DNA of 64,000 nucleotides from the human T2T-CHM13v2.0 reference genome, Homo sapiens. Every line of letters starts with the position of its first letter. Positions within the stretch are counted from its first letter, which is position 1. The position numbers were made by a program, and so were the translations under genes. Of the stretch, positions 1 through 13,217 are shown in pieces. Below the pieces are notes generated by a model. That model was not told where the DNA came from. It did no database searches and was given only the letters and a program-made list of their open reading frames with translations. The DNA lies in the NCBI RefSeq assembly GCF_009914755.1, contig NC_060930.1; one strand, 5' to 3'.

Positions 1-221
1 CCAGGCTCCAGAGCTAGGCCACTTGATGCCTGGTCAGTCCTTTCTGTGCCTTCCCAAATTTACTCTCAATTTCTGGCTCATCTACTATTCTCATTTGCTA
101 TTTCTTAAGTTCTGGGCCACGGGAGCCCAAGGTCTCACTCAGCCCTGCACAAACCCCAGCTCTCAAAGCCGGCGTCGCTCTCACTCATTCCCTGTCTCCG
201 CATCGACACGGAGGAGCCACT

Positions 222-880
222 GGATATAACGCTGAGGTATTAAAAAAAGAAGGAAGTTCAGAAAAACAAACACAGTACGACAGCATTTGTAGGAAGTTTT
301 TTTTTAAAGGCAAAACTGTACAACGCAGTGTTCTAGATGTGGGAAAACCTAACGAAACTCATGAGGATGAAAAACAGCAAACGGGGTGGGGAGACTTGTG
401 GACAGGGGAGGGGGAGGAGGCGGGGGGCGCGGGAGGGGGAGGAGGCGGGGGGGGCGGGAGGGGGAGGAGGCGGGGGGGGCGGCAGGGGGAGGAGGCGGGG
501 GGGCGGCAGGGGGGAGGCGGGGGGGCGGGAGGGGAGGAGGCGGGGAGGCGGGAGGGGGAGGAGGCGTGGGGGCGGGAGGGGGAGGAGGCGGGGAGGCGGG
601 AGGGGGAGGAGGCGGGGGGGCGGGAGGGGGGAGGAGGCGGGGGGGCGGGAGGGGGGAGGCGGGGGGGCGGGAGGGGGCGGGAGGGGGAGGAGGCGGGGGG
701 CGGGGGGGCGGGAGGGGAAGGAGGCGGGGGGGCGGGGGGGGCGGGGGGGCGGGAGGGGGAGGACGCGGGGGGGGCGGGGGGGGCGGGAGGGGGAGGAGGC
801 GGGGGTGGGTGGAGGCGGGAGGGTGGGACTTATTAATGAGGCTTGTTTCCGAGTCCGGGTAGCAGATACACGTGACATCA
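222..880 (+). mobile_element. Ancient L1 (L1ME/L1MC-type) 3' UTR fragment hosting the G-rich VNTR
   Basis: Blocks colinear with the L1 relic at 27870-28190: ataacgctgag, aacaaacacagtacga, aaaggcaaaact, agatgtgggaaaa before the VNTR and ccgggtagcagatacac after it. Confidence 0.6.
405..827 (+). repeat. G-rich VNTR, ~24-25 bp unit GGGAGGGGGAGGAGGCGGGGGGG(G)C, roughly 16-17 degenerate copies
   Basis: Directly visible tandem array, almost entirely G with A/C spacers. Many G3+ runs and GGGCGG / GGGAGGG motifs. Confidence 0.95.
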
Positions 881-1756
881 GAAACATCTCATAATCACGA
901 AAGAAATCGAAGCACGCGTGCTCTCTCGGGAGGGCCCTCCTTCTGCGTGCCAGCCCTTGGGATCTGGACTTCTGGCTCCTGGAAACATTCAAAAGGAAAC
1001 CGGTGGGCCATGGAACCGCTGACAGGATTGGATGGTAAAACAGTGTCTTAGATCCACCCTCGGTGCCTACAAGGGTAACAGGCCACACCCCCATCTCAGA
1101 GATGGCAGCGACCTCATCCAAGGGGCAGGGGAAGCCTCAGAGGAGTGATTTTAGCAGCCTCTCACTTCCTCATTTGCCTGTGAAAATAAAGCTGACCCTA
1201 AACTTACCGGCTCTGCACTACCCTCCCGCTGGCTGCTTCATTGTCCTGGGCAAATCTTCAGCCCCAGAGACAGTAGTGTTTATTTTAGAACCAAACCCGC
1301 TGGCCAGGACACCATCCACGTGAAACATTTCTTCCTAAGCCTGAAGCTTTGTTGTAACCCTGTTGTCTTCCTCCTTATTGGCTCAGCAGTGAGATGGGCT
1401 GGCTTGAACCTCCAGGTCTTGAAACCTGCCCAAGATACCAACAACCACCTGTAATAAGGTGCAGGATCCCGCTCAAGCCCTTCAGAGCATCTGTGGATGT
1501 GTTACCTCATATGCCCTCACCAAATCCTATAAATAAGAATATCAAGTAGTATCCCCATTTCCAAGATGGGAAATGGCCCCTTCAAAGGTCAGGTCACCGA
1601 CACTGTGATGCAGGTGGTGTCTCTAGGAGAGGCGCAGGCTTCTAGATCCCAACTGTCGTGGTTTGTTCTAAAGGCTGCAGCAGCCTGGACCATAAAGACA
1701 ATTTTAAAGCAGTAAACCTAGCAATACAGCCTGGAAGAGAAAACCAAAACAGAGCC

Positions 1757-1783
1757 AAAAAAAAAAAAAAAAAAAAAAAAAAA
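1757..1783 (+). repeat. Poly(A)27 tract not attached to an Alu
   Basis: 27 consecutive A; upstream sequence is not Alu/L1. Confidence 0.9.
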
Positions 1784-2779
1784 CCCAAAACAAGGCAGGC
1801 ACTGTAATGAAATGCTCACATTTACTCCAGTGCCCACATCTGCATTCCCAGAGTCTCAGAAATCCAGCAGGATTCCAATGCCATGGAAATATGTATCATT
1901 GTTTTTGCCAAACAAACTCCCTTACCTTAAGCAAAGGTCAAGTACACTGTAAAACTCCCAGTGCAAACAACCAGCTGGAGGACTTATCCCAGCCTCTGTA
2001 AAGTCTTTGCTAATAATTATCCAGACAGCTTTCCTAATTTTTATTTTTAAATGGGGTTGTGGCTCAGCAATAGTGTAAGGATTAATCGCCTTATCAATTA
2101 GCATGAGGAAAGGACTGCAAATACAAAGTAGGTGTGTTCTTCCTGGCTTTCTACCTGCTCAATTAGGCTCAGGTCTTAAATGATTTCCAAAATTGGACTA
2201 CATCTACTGTGTTTACTTCATTCTAAATATCAAAAAGATATCTAAAAGCTTATCATAAAAAAATTTAGAATTTCCCTTTTTGGTTACCAGCCTAAAAGCT
2301 CCTTAGTTTAGGGACTGTGTTCTTATTCAACAAGCCATGCCCAGCTCCTGGTTCACAGAACACACTGAATAATGACAAATAATGGAAAACAGAAGGCGGC
2401 TGTGTATAATGAATGCATTTCATTCACTTATTCAGCAAGGAGGATGAGGTAGCACCATGCCAGGGGAGATGCCGAGATGAAGCCACACCACCGGCCTCAA
2501 GGGGCTCACAGTCTGATGAAGAGACACGTGCCTATAAGACACAGATGGGGTTCTGTGCTACAGGAATGCAAAGAAAGGGACGAGGCCTGGGGAAGACTTC
2601 ACCAAAGAAGCAGCATTTGAATCTTCCCTTAAGGGAAAAGGAAGTAGGACTGTCCTGCCATGTGGGTGAGGGGAAGGGAAGAGGCCTGGGAGGAGAGTTT
2701 TCAGAGAGGCAACCAGCTCTTGCAAAGGCGGCCAGTGCAGAAGAGGCTAGACAGGTTAGGTTCTCAGTATCAAAGTCCC

Positions 2780-3465
2780 CAGGATGGAGAGAAATTGGAA
2801 CCTTTAAACACTGTTGGTAGGGATGCAAAAATGGTGCAGCCATTATGGAAAACAGTATGGCAGTTCCTCAAAAAACTAAAACTAGAACTGCCATATGATC
2901 CAGTGATTCTACTTCCAGGTACTTATCCAAAAGAATTGAAATTAGGATCTCAAAGCACTTGACGTGAGCGCTCCCACGTTCACTGCAGTGTTATCCACAA
3001 CAGCCAAGATATGGAAACAACGCAGAGGTCCACTGATAGGTGAAGGGACACACGAAACACAGTGAAAAATACAATAGAATATGATTCCGCTTAAGAACGA
3101 ATGAAATTCTGACACGTACGACACGTGGATGAACTTGGAGGAATTATGTTAAGTGAAATAAGCCAGTCACAGAAGGACAAATACTACATGATTCCACTTA
3201 CATGAGGCATGTAAAAATAGGCAAATTCAGAAAATCAAAGAGTGGGCTGATGGTTGCCGGGGGTAGAGGGAGGGAGACATGGGGAGTTGCTCGTCAACTA
3301 GCATCAGCTTTCAGGCAGGCGAGATGAATAAGCTCTGGAACTCTGCTGCACACATTGTGTCTATAGTTCACGATACTGTGCTGTACACTGAAAAAACCTG
3401 TTAAGAGGGTGGGTCTCATGTTAGATGTTCTTACCACAAATAAAATTAAAAAATAAAATAAAAAA
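2780..3465 (+). mobile_element. L1MB-type (L1MB2-like) ORF2 end and 3' UTR
   Basis: ttggtagggatgcaaaaatggtgcagccattatggaaaacagtatggcagttcctcaaaa (remnant peptide LWKTVWQFLKKLKLELPYDP), ending gttcttaccacaa plus A-rich tail. Confidence 0.88.
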
Positions 3466-4094
3466 GGCCCCAGGAGAGTTTCTGTTTCATCAACCCAAGG
3501 AAAACACCGGAAGGAGTCACAGCTCCAGTGAGGAAGAAGTGAGAAGGGATCTGCCATCGGGGGCTGGAGGGATGGTGGGAACCTTTGCCATTTCAAAGGG
3601 AAGCCCTGGCTCCCCTCGGGCACAGCATCCTGGGTGGGGTCTGCACCCCGAGCTGCCACCCATTGCATTTCCATGTCAGCGCCATGTCAGGTGCGCTGTG
3701 CCGATGTCTAATCAAGTCTCAGTCATTCAGGATGAAGAGAGAATAGGGAATTCAAAATACATAACTGCAAAAATGAAAGCTCCTTTATTAATTTAGTGCA
3801 ACACAGAGACGTCCCAGAACAACACGGGCTGCATCCAGAATCACAGATCATTTCAACTAAGAAAAAGATGGGCACCGAGAAGGAGAGCGAGGAACATGCC
3901 AGCTGAGACTCATTTCATTCTAGGACAGTACTAGAATGAGCATCTCACTGGGAATTCACCGCCCTCAGGCAGATAACAGATGCTGCTAAGCTATGCTAGC
4001 TGGTGTTGCCACGTTTATTCTTCATCACTGAGTGGTTCTCCTTAGGTCACACATATAACTATCCATCTGAGTGCAAGTTTAAAACAAAACAAAA

Positions 4095-4985
4095 ACTGAA
4101 GAGGACATACAGATGGCCAAGAAGCACATGGAAAGATGCTCAACGTCACTGTCATCGGGGAAATGTACATCACAGCGACAATGTGGTAGCCCTTCACATC
4201 CATCAGGATGGTAGCTGCTGTCAAACAAACAGGAAATAACAAGTGCTGACAAGAATGTGGGGAAACGAACCCTGGTGCACCAGTACATTCCTGGTGGGAA
4301 TGTACAACGGTGCAGCCAACTGGAGAAAACAATATCCCTGTTCTTCATAGAATTAAACAGAGGATTACCATCTGACTCAGCAATGCCACTTTTGGGTATA
4401 ACCCCCCAAAAGTGAAAGCAAGGACCTGAAATGATATTTGCACACCTATGTTCACGGCAGCATATTCACAACAGCCAAAAGGTGGGAGCAACGCAGGTGT
4501 CCATCAACAGATGAATGGATAAGAAAATGTGATCCATCCAGAGGATGAAATATAACTCAGCCTTAAAAAGGGAGGCCATATCCAACATATGCTATAGTAT
4601 AAAGGAAGCATTTTTTCTTTTTTTCTTATTTTCACTTATTTTTGTCCTTAGAGGTCCTTGTTCTGAGGGAATCCTGAAGACATTATGCTAAGTGAAGTAA
4701 GCCAGTCACAAAAGGACAAATATTGCATGATCCACTTAAATAGGTTCTTAGGTAGGCAAATTCATAGAAACAGAAAGTAGAAGGGTGGCTGCTCGGGACT
4801 AAGGGATGGGAATGGGGAGTGTTTATTGGGGACAGAGTTTGTTTGGGAAGATGAAAAGACCTCTAGAGATGAAGGGTGGTGATGGCTGTGTAAAAATGTG
4901 AATTACTTAATGCCACTGAATGGTACAATTAAAAGTAGTTAAAATGGTAATTTTTATGCTATGTTTATTTTACCATGATAAAACA
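4095..4985 (+). mobile_element. L1MB-type (L1MB3/4-like) 3' end
   Basis: gaggacatacagatggccaagaagcacatggaaagatgctcaac ... ttaatgccactgaa ... tttaccatg, typical L1MB 3' end. Confidence 0.88.
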
Positions 4986-6818
4986 AACACCCCCCTCCAA
5001 ATAAAACAACAACAAAAAAGGCAAGTCCGTAGTATTGGCCTTTGAGAGCTCTGACCTCAGCTGTGCCCCGCCCACCCATCCACCCAAGGATCCTTAAACT
5101 CAGGAGGATCAGAAAGGCTCAATCACCAGGAGGTGAGGTGAGTCACAGAGCTCACTGCATTGCCATTCTTGGGGGCATTTGTCTCATCTGCCTTAAAATA
5201 CAGAACTGCATTCTCATAGTCGGGTTTCAGGCAACGGCTCAACCGTGGAGGGAGGTCACTTTGGGGCCTTTGCACACATCCGAGTCAACCTCAACAGTCT
5301 TAGTCCACACATCTCTGTATTTCCGGTCACTTATTGCTATGCTGACTGCTCATCTAAGCCCCAGATACTGTCCCAGTTATTTAGGAGACAAAGAGGCCCT
5401 CAAGCTGGCCTGAGCCCCCAAGGGGTCCTCAGTGATGTCGACACGACAGGTGTGCAGGCACCCCCATGCAGACGGGCCCCTCTGATGGAGACCTGCGTTC
5501 GGCCAGGCAGGCCCACAGCTGGCGTGGTCATCCAGGGCGGGAACGGGATTGGACGAAGCCTTCCCTCGGGCAAAGATGCTGGGGTGGGGAACAGGTGCAG
5601 CAGGAACAGAAGGTCAGAGCGTGGTACTGGGGTGACGAGAGGCGCTAGCGAACATCAGCAGCTGCGGGGAGCTCGAGGCAGCAGGGATGTCCAGGCCACA
5701 GAAGGTGTCCCACATTTTATATTCCTGTTGTTTGTATATTTTCTATTTCTACCCACCCCCCCCATTTTATGCCTGACCCCAAGTTAAACTGCTTAAGGAC
5801 TTAAGACCCCAACCAGCTGTGACTTAGATCAGGGTTTCTCCCCCAAAGGAGCCTGCAGCAGTGTCACACAGAACACACCCCCTCAACTGTCTTTCTACTG
5901 AAAAAAAAGAGAGGGAAACGTGCTTCAATAAGAGGGACACAGGGACCCCCAAGCCCTGCCCTTTAGAGAAGCTTAAAGACTCCTACATCATTCTTTTTTT
6001 TTTTTTTTTTAAGGAATTGGGTCCCTTCCATCTGTGGCCATGACCGTTCATCCCACAGCCTGTCCTCCTCTCTTGAGAGCTGTCCTGGCTCAGGCTGTGG
6101 CTGGATTCTCAAGCAGCATCATGTGGCCAGGTTAGGAGCAGGATGTCACAGAGAGAGGGGTCCAAAGTTCAGCTGCTGGGAAAGGCCACAAAGACTGGGG
6201 TCCCAGGAGAACGGCGACCTGCCTATCAGTTCTATCTCTAAAACTCTGGGGTTCGACTCTCCAGACTTAGCTTCTGTTCCCAGCTTTACAGAGGACAAGG
6301 GGCTGGGCCCATGAGTCTCTCTGCATCAGCAACACCTCACTCTCAGTTGAATTCAGACTCGAAAGCCCAGTCTCAACACAGCAAGCCCCATGGGATCCAA
6401 GAAATACTGCTCCATGCGTCTGTTACCCAGTTGTCTTTTTGCTGAATCACATTGTGGGGGCAAGAAGAAACATGAGGCCATCTCAACAGATCGCAAAGGC
6501 CTCCACGGCTGGGACACCTGTCAAGCGGGAAACACGTGCCGGTTCTCACGCTACGACCTAGGGAGATGAAGACATGGTCCCTACCCCGAGGGATTTACAA
6601 TCAGGCATGGAAAATACTCCAAATCCAACACCACACTGCCACATGCTGATGGTCATGCCAGAGTGCACACAAGGACTGTAGAAACATGGAGGAAACCTAT
6701 CAGATCATTCTATACACCTTCCCTTCAGATTCATGTGCTTGTCAGCAAATTAAAGGCTCTGTGAGGTCCTCTAGGGAAAAATAAATTTTTTTTTTAAGCA
6801 AACTTTAAAAAAATTAGC

Positions 6819-7133
6819 GGCCAGGTGTGGTGGCTCACGCCTGTAATCCTAGGACTTTGAGAGGCCGAGGTGGGTGGATTGCCTGAGCTCAGGAGTTCGA
6901 GACCAGCCTGGGCAACATGGTGAAACCCCGTCTCTACTAAAATACAAAAAATTAGCTGGGCGTGGTAGCATGCGCCTGTAGTCCCAGCTACTCGGGAGCT
7001 GAGGCTGGAGAATCGCTTGAATCCGGGAGGCAGAAGTTGCAGTGAGCCGAGATCACACCACTGCACTCCAGGCTGGGCGACAGAGCGAGATTCCGTCTCA
7101 CAAAAAAAAAAAATAAAATAAAAAATAAAAAAT
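6819..7133 (+). mobile_element. Alu (AluS-type), full length
   Basis: Two arms, A-rich tail, TSD aaaaattagc. Confidence 0.96.
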
Positions 7134-9187
7134 AAAAATTAGCATGCATTTTCATCAGGGATTGAAACACCCACCAAGGATACTGTTTCCTGAACCAAAC
7201 AGTTGTTAACCAGGCAAAGGCCATGACCTTTCTGAGATCTCTTCATGGCCCTGGGCTCCATGGGATTGAGATTAATGAGCACAGCAAAGCCCCCCATCCC
7301 ATCTCCTTAGCAAGGTAACAAAGGAATGGAACTCTGGGGCCAGGCAGAACCCCCAAGATGCCATCTACAAATCTGGCCTCTCCGTCTCTCCACTACACAG
7401 AGTGAGGATGGGAGAACCAGAGCCCAGCTCTCTCCATGGAGAAAGGCTGCAGGTCCCAGAAGCAGGTAGACCTCCAGGACCCAGGAGAGGAAGCATGAAT
7501 GAAATGCAGACATTAAGGACCATCGAATAAAGATTTTGAGGGCAAGGGGAATGGGGTGGTGGGACAGGGGAATGTCCTGTGCCAGCTTTTGCCATGACCA
7601 CCTCTTTGTTTCCATGTGCGCGTGAATGAAATATTAAATAGGCTTGGCCAATTAACAACCTTTAAACTCTGGACTGCTCAGAGCCCAAGGAAGAGAGTTT
7701 TGATCTGCATTCCCACTTGACCTGCTCAGCACTCGGTGGGACATCCCGCAGCCCACTGCCTGCAACTTCTGATGAGCATCAGAAATGGGCTCTCCGCTCA
7801 GCTGGGACATGAGGCATAGCACACTCAGGCAGGGGCATGTTTTTTGTGACTTATATCTTTGCCATTTTAAATTAACACAAAATACAAAAGCAGTTGGGTC
7901 TCCCCTCTACCAAAGTCAGTTTTCTTTTCCTGCAGCCCTGGCTGGCCCATCCTCACCAGGCGCAGCAGCAATGGGTGAGCTCCGGCAGCACAGCACATGT
8001 GTCACAGCAGGATTGAATGGTCAGCAATTGTCTGTAGGGCTCTGTCCCAGGGGCCAGGCCACCGCCAGAACAGGACCTAAGACAGGGCCCAGGCTTCCTC
8101 CTCGGGGGACTGTGACACCCCAGGACACAGGCTGAGGAGAGGCTGTGAGGGAGAAGGGGAGGGGATGGAAAAGAATGAGCAGGAATATGAGTCATGGTTT
8201 TGTCCCCGCCCATGGCCTGCTGCTCACCTTGATGTGACAGGCTGCTGCCTGCGGCTGGCCCTGGGCCCAGTGTGGGCACCTGGCAGTCACGCCCAAACTA
8301 GGATGTGGCACCTTCAGCACTAAGGTGCCTGCTTGCAATTCTCCAGAGGACAATGCCACCCCAAAAAGGGAAAAGCACAGCGTTCCAGCCTGGTCCTTCC
8401 TGGCTTCAACCGCTGCCACGTTCTGGAGAGAAAAAGGGGTATTTTTCTGGGGTGGTGGTGGGAGCTGCCTCCTTGGCCTCTGCTCAGCCATCTACTACAT
8501 GGTTACTCCAGTGCCCCTGCCCCCATCCTGGTCCTCTCTTGGGCACTAGCTCTACATTCCAAAAGGAGACAGGACATGGGGCAGAGCCAGGGACTGGCTG
8601 ACCCTCACAGGCATGAGTTTCCTCTGGGCATGGCAAAGGCATGAAGGACATTCGGGTGTAGTTGGGTGGGCCCCAAACGGTACTGACTTTATCTGACCTG
8701 GCCCATGGGCCCACACAACAGAAGGCTCTGGCATGGTCTGACATTTGTGCATCTCACCCAATAGAGCTTTTGCCTTCCCTCTCTCCTGGGGCACTTTCAC
8801 GAACCTCTTTGGGATGAGTCAAAGGTAATAGAAAGCTCATTATCTGCACACAAATATGCAATATTGTATTGCTTGGAAATGAACACTAACTGTCCTTATG
8901 GTGCCACCAAACACTTGTACGGGGTTTCATGGCTTCTAAAACCTCTCCATGCAGGTGAGTGCATTCGATTTTCACGGCAACTAGGTAAGATGTAATAGGC
9001 ACAATTCCCATGTTACACTTCAAGGAACCAACATCAGCTCTCTACAGTAAATTACTCAAAGTTACAGAGCTAAGAAGGTCTCAACTGTAGGACCTGAACC
9101 TTGGTTTTCTGACTCTAGGACAAAGATTTTTTATATTTGTTCCCTCCTTAAAAAAAAATTCATTCCCTTCTTTAAAAAAAAGTGAGG

Positions 9188-9253
9188 TCACACCATGTGA
9201 TGAGGTCACACCTGGCCCAGATGCCCTGCTCACACCATGTGATGAGGTCACAC
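9188..9253. repeat. Perfect 24-bp direct repeat tcacaccatgtgatgaggtcacac (9188-9211, 9230-9253)
   Basis: Two identical copies 42 bp apart, with a partial third (tgaggtcacac) at 9183. Confidence 0.9.
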
Positions 9254-9732
9254 AGGAGGCATCTAAATTCAACACAGAGGTGAGGGAGGGCATTGGGAAG
9301 TGATCCTATTGCTGTGTTTCCAGGGTCAGCGAGAGGTCTCACGCGTGCAGGGCACAGCTGGAGGGAGCAGTTCGCTCCCAGCTGAGGCAGCCACACAGGA
9401 GCAGGAGGCACCTGACAGGAGAAGCGCAGCATGGAGAGTGGCAGGAGATGAGCTACTGTTGTCCACCATCCGGGACGTGCAGGTTAAGACTTGGAATCTG
9501 GCCTGGGGACAGTCAGAGCAGCTGAGTGGACATGAAGCTGAAGAGTGAGGCATAGGTTTGGGTTTGGAAAGCTCACTCTGGCGGTGTGGTGGAGAGGGGG
9601 TAGGGGGACGGCAAAAAAGTGCAGAGGTCCCTGGAATGATCTGAGCCCCAGGGAGCCAAGGGGACATTAAAGGGCCGAGGGAATGAGGCACAGGTGTCTG
9701 CTGTATAGTTTATTAACCAATAAACTGCCCTA

Positions 9733-10173
<441 letters not shown>

Positions 10174-10745
10174 TCAGGCAGGCACTTGGTCTGGCTGAGC
10201 CTGAGTGAGTGAGTGCTACCATTTAGGTGCTGGAGATGGAGCAGTGGGCGGACCTGATGCCCTTGCGTAGCACAGTCTCTATTTCATAGTGTTTCTGGCA
10301 AAGAGCTAACACTAAAGAAAGCAAATTAGACCTATAACTCTGGAAATGATCCTCTTGGATTTTCCAGGAGAATCCTACTAAAAAATATTTTTTTCTGTTG
10401 TTCCTATAGACAAGGGCTGAACCATATGTTCAGTCTTTTCTCCTAAAAATTTTAAAACATTTAAAAAACAGTCATCATGCCCTTAATGCATGCATCCTTA
10501 ACCTTAAGTCTACTGGAAACAGCAGCAGCAGAAGGAAAAAGGAAAGCAGAAAACTTTATCTTCTGGCCGACATACTTTGCTAACCAAAGACTTGTTAGTT
10601 TCTTGTCTGTTCTTCACTTAATTTCTCTCTGGCTCCTTTAATTTGCCACAGTGATGATGCTGCATCGGAGTGTGCATGTCATCATGCACCAGCAGAAGAC
10701 ACAGTGGAAGGTCCATGGGTGTCAGCATCAGAAAGAGAAGGGTAT

Positions 10746-11100
<355 letters not shown>

Positions 11101-13023
11101 TTAGGGCTGTGTAGTCTTGGTCCACCTTGTGAGCCATGGTATTCTCCTCTGTTAAATGGTGTTAATTATTTAACTCGCTGTGTTGTGGGGAGATGGGTTA
11201 ATACAAGCTCAGTCCCTAGCACAGTTCCTGACTCAACAAATCACTTCTTCCTTTATTAGTATTATTACTACCAGTAGTATATGCAAACTAACTTTTCCTG
11301 AGTTATTGCTATTCAAGCTATCTCATGTGGACAATACTTCTATGCGATCTATGTAATTGCTGAAGTTCACAAAACTTCACAGACCACTCTCATAAGCTAA
11401 ACATCAGTCCAAAATATCAGCCTCAGAGAGCGACTTAAAGCACAGAGCTTAATAATTCACCTCCCGACCTCATCCCCAGCAGAAGCCACCATGAACCTTG
11501 GACAGGCAGGATCCTAGCAATGGTGGGTAAGACCTAGTTCAAGCAAGTGACCTCTGTCTCCTACCCCATCCTCCACTCAAAATGAAAACTTAGTTGATAT
11601 TTGTCAGTGTTACTCAACTCCCCTGGCAGAAATCATTTTCCTCCAGAAGGAAGGACAGGGGGGATTAACACCAGGTCTTAGGCAGTGAGCAGATGAACAA
11701 GAACTTACTTATATGCAAACATGGCAATCAATCATTGCAAGCACCCCACCAACTCCTGACGAGATGCCTTCTGTCTCCACTAAACATCTGCTAGCAAACC
11801 TTTAGAGGGAAGTGTGTGTGTATTTTAAAGGAAATGCGAAATGCTCTTTTCCCTGGAGCTTTCTGCTTCCCTGAGGTTATAACTGCATTAGTGGCAAGAG
11901 CATCAGTCTCATGGCCCAGAGAAGGTCAAAGTACATTTCCAAAACAGTCCAGAAATCAAATTTTTGAGGCAGGATAAAGGGTCAGTCTGGTTCAGTTAGT
12001 TGGGTATTCAAAGCCTATTCTTTGGCCATCATTGAAAACATCTCTGTCTTTTTGCTTGTGATTAACTGTGTAATGGGAAATGTCTATTCCAATATGCCAT
12101 CATCTTGGGCGTTAGCAAGCTGGCTGTGACGGCACCTACAGGGTTGTTCTCCCATTGCCTTAGGAACAGGCTTCTGCAGTACCTGTATCTCATTCCTTGG
12201 CAGCCTGGTCGTGACTGAGATGCATCTGGGTCTCAGAGAGTGCATAGCAGGGGCCAGGCAGCTACTCTATGACTTTACAGTCCGGAGAGGAAAACACTCA
12301 TGTTCCCATCACAGATGAGGAGCCTGAGGGACGTAAGTTAGGTTGCCCAAAGTCACACAGCTCATAGTGGTGGTAGAAGGGCTTACAGTGAATTCTAGGT
12401 GAGGTTTTCCAGTGGCTTCTATGTGGAAGAACTCCTAACTATTTGTTAGCACTTAAAGACTAGTCACATGAAATAAAAGAGGAACCAGCCTCCATCAATG
12501 CACCCAGTGACCCCAACTGGGACTCAAATCAGTAATAACATTTCCTTCTGCTTAGTACAGGGAAAAACCCCGACACTGGACTCTGTGCTTTTCTCACTGG
12601 GTCAAGTCTCATTTTCCTGAACACTGAGTCCTCTCTGCTGTCTCAGCCTCATTCAGAAATGTCCATCTCTCTGCGTCTTCACCAGCGGACCGAGAGACCC
12701 AGCACCCATCACTGGACTTGAGCAAGGTCAAGGTGACTGAAGGCAGAGAGCAAAGGAGGGTGGCCTTGGGCTGGGAAGTCACAACCACTCACTTCCCACC
12801 CTTTTGGACAAATGCTGCTTTCTGGAAACAGAAGGTTTATTTGAATCCTTGGTCCTACATGACAAAGGGCTTGATGGCATCTGCATCTTGGGGATACGTT
12901 CCCCTCTCCAGCCCCTCACACCCTGCTCTTCCACATGGTCCCAGTGCTGGCAAGGATGTAGGCCAGGCTTCCCCGCGAGGCCCTTGCACCCCATGCTCAA
13001 CCCGAGCTGCTCCTTGGCCATGT

Positions 13024-13217
13024 AATTTTCAACCTGGGATCCATGAATGTGTTCAGGGATACGGGAGGCCTCTGTAACTTTATGTGAAACTCTATGCATG
13101 TGTGCATGTGTGTGTAAGAGATATGCGCTTTTCCAGGGGAAGGACCCGTAGCTGCCATCAAATTCTGGAAGGGGGTCTCTGACCCAAAAATATTCATAAG
13201 ATTCAGAAGTACTGCCT
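13024..13217. mobile_element. hAT-Charlie DNA transposon relic (Charlie4z-like)
   Basis: ttttcaacctgggatcc ... ggggaaggacccgtagctgccatcaaattctggaaggggtctctgacccaaaaa ... agtactg resembles the recalled consensus. Confidence 0.6.

Noticed and set aside
333-1121. Long Pro-rich, Gly/Arg-rich and Gly/Glu-rich ORFs (262, 185, 165, 158 aa)
   Set aside because: They are open only because the G/C VNTR lacks stop codons in several frames. Low complexity, no splice or homology support.
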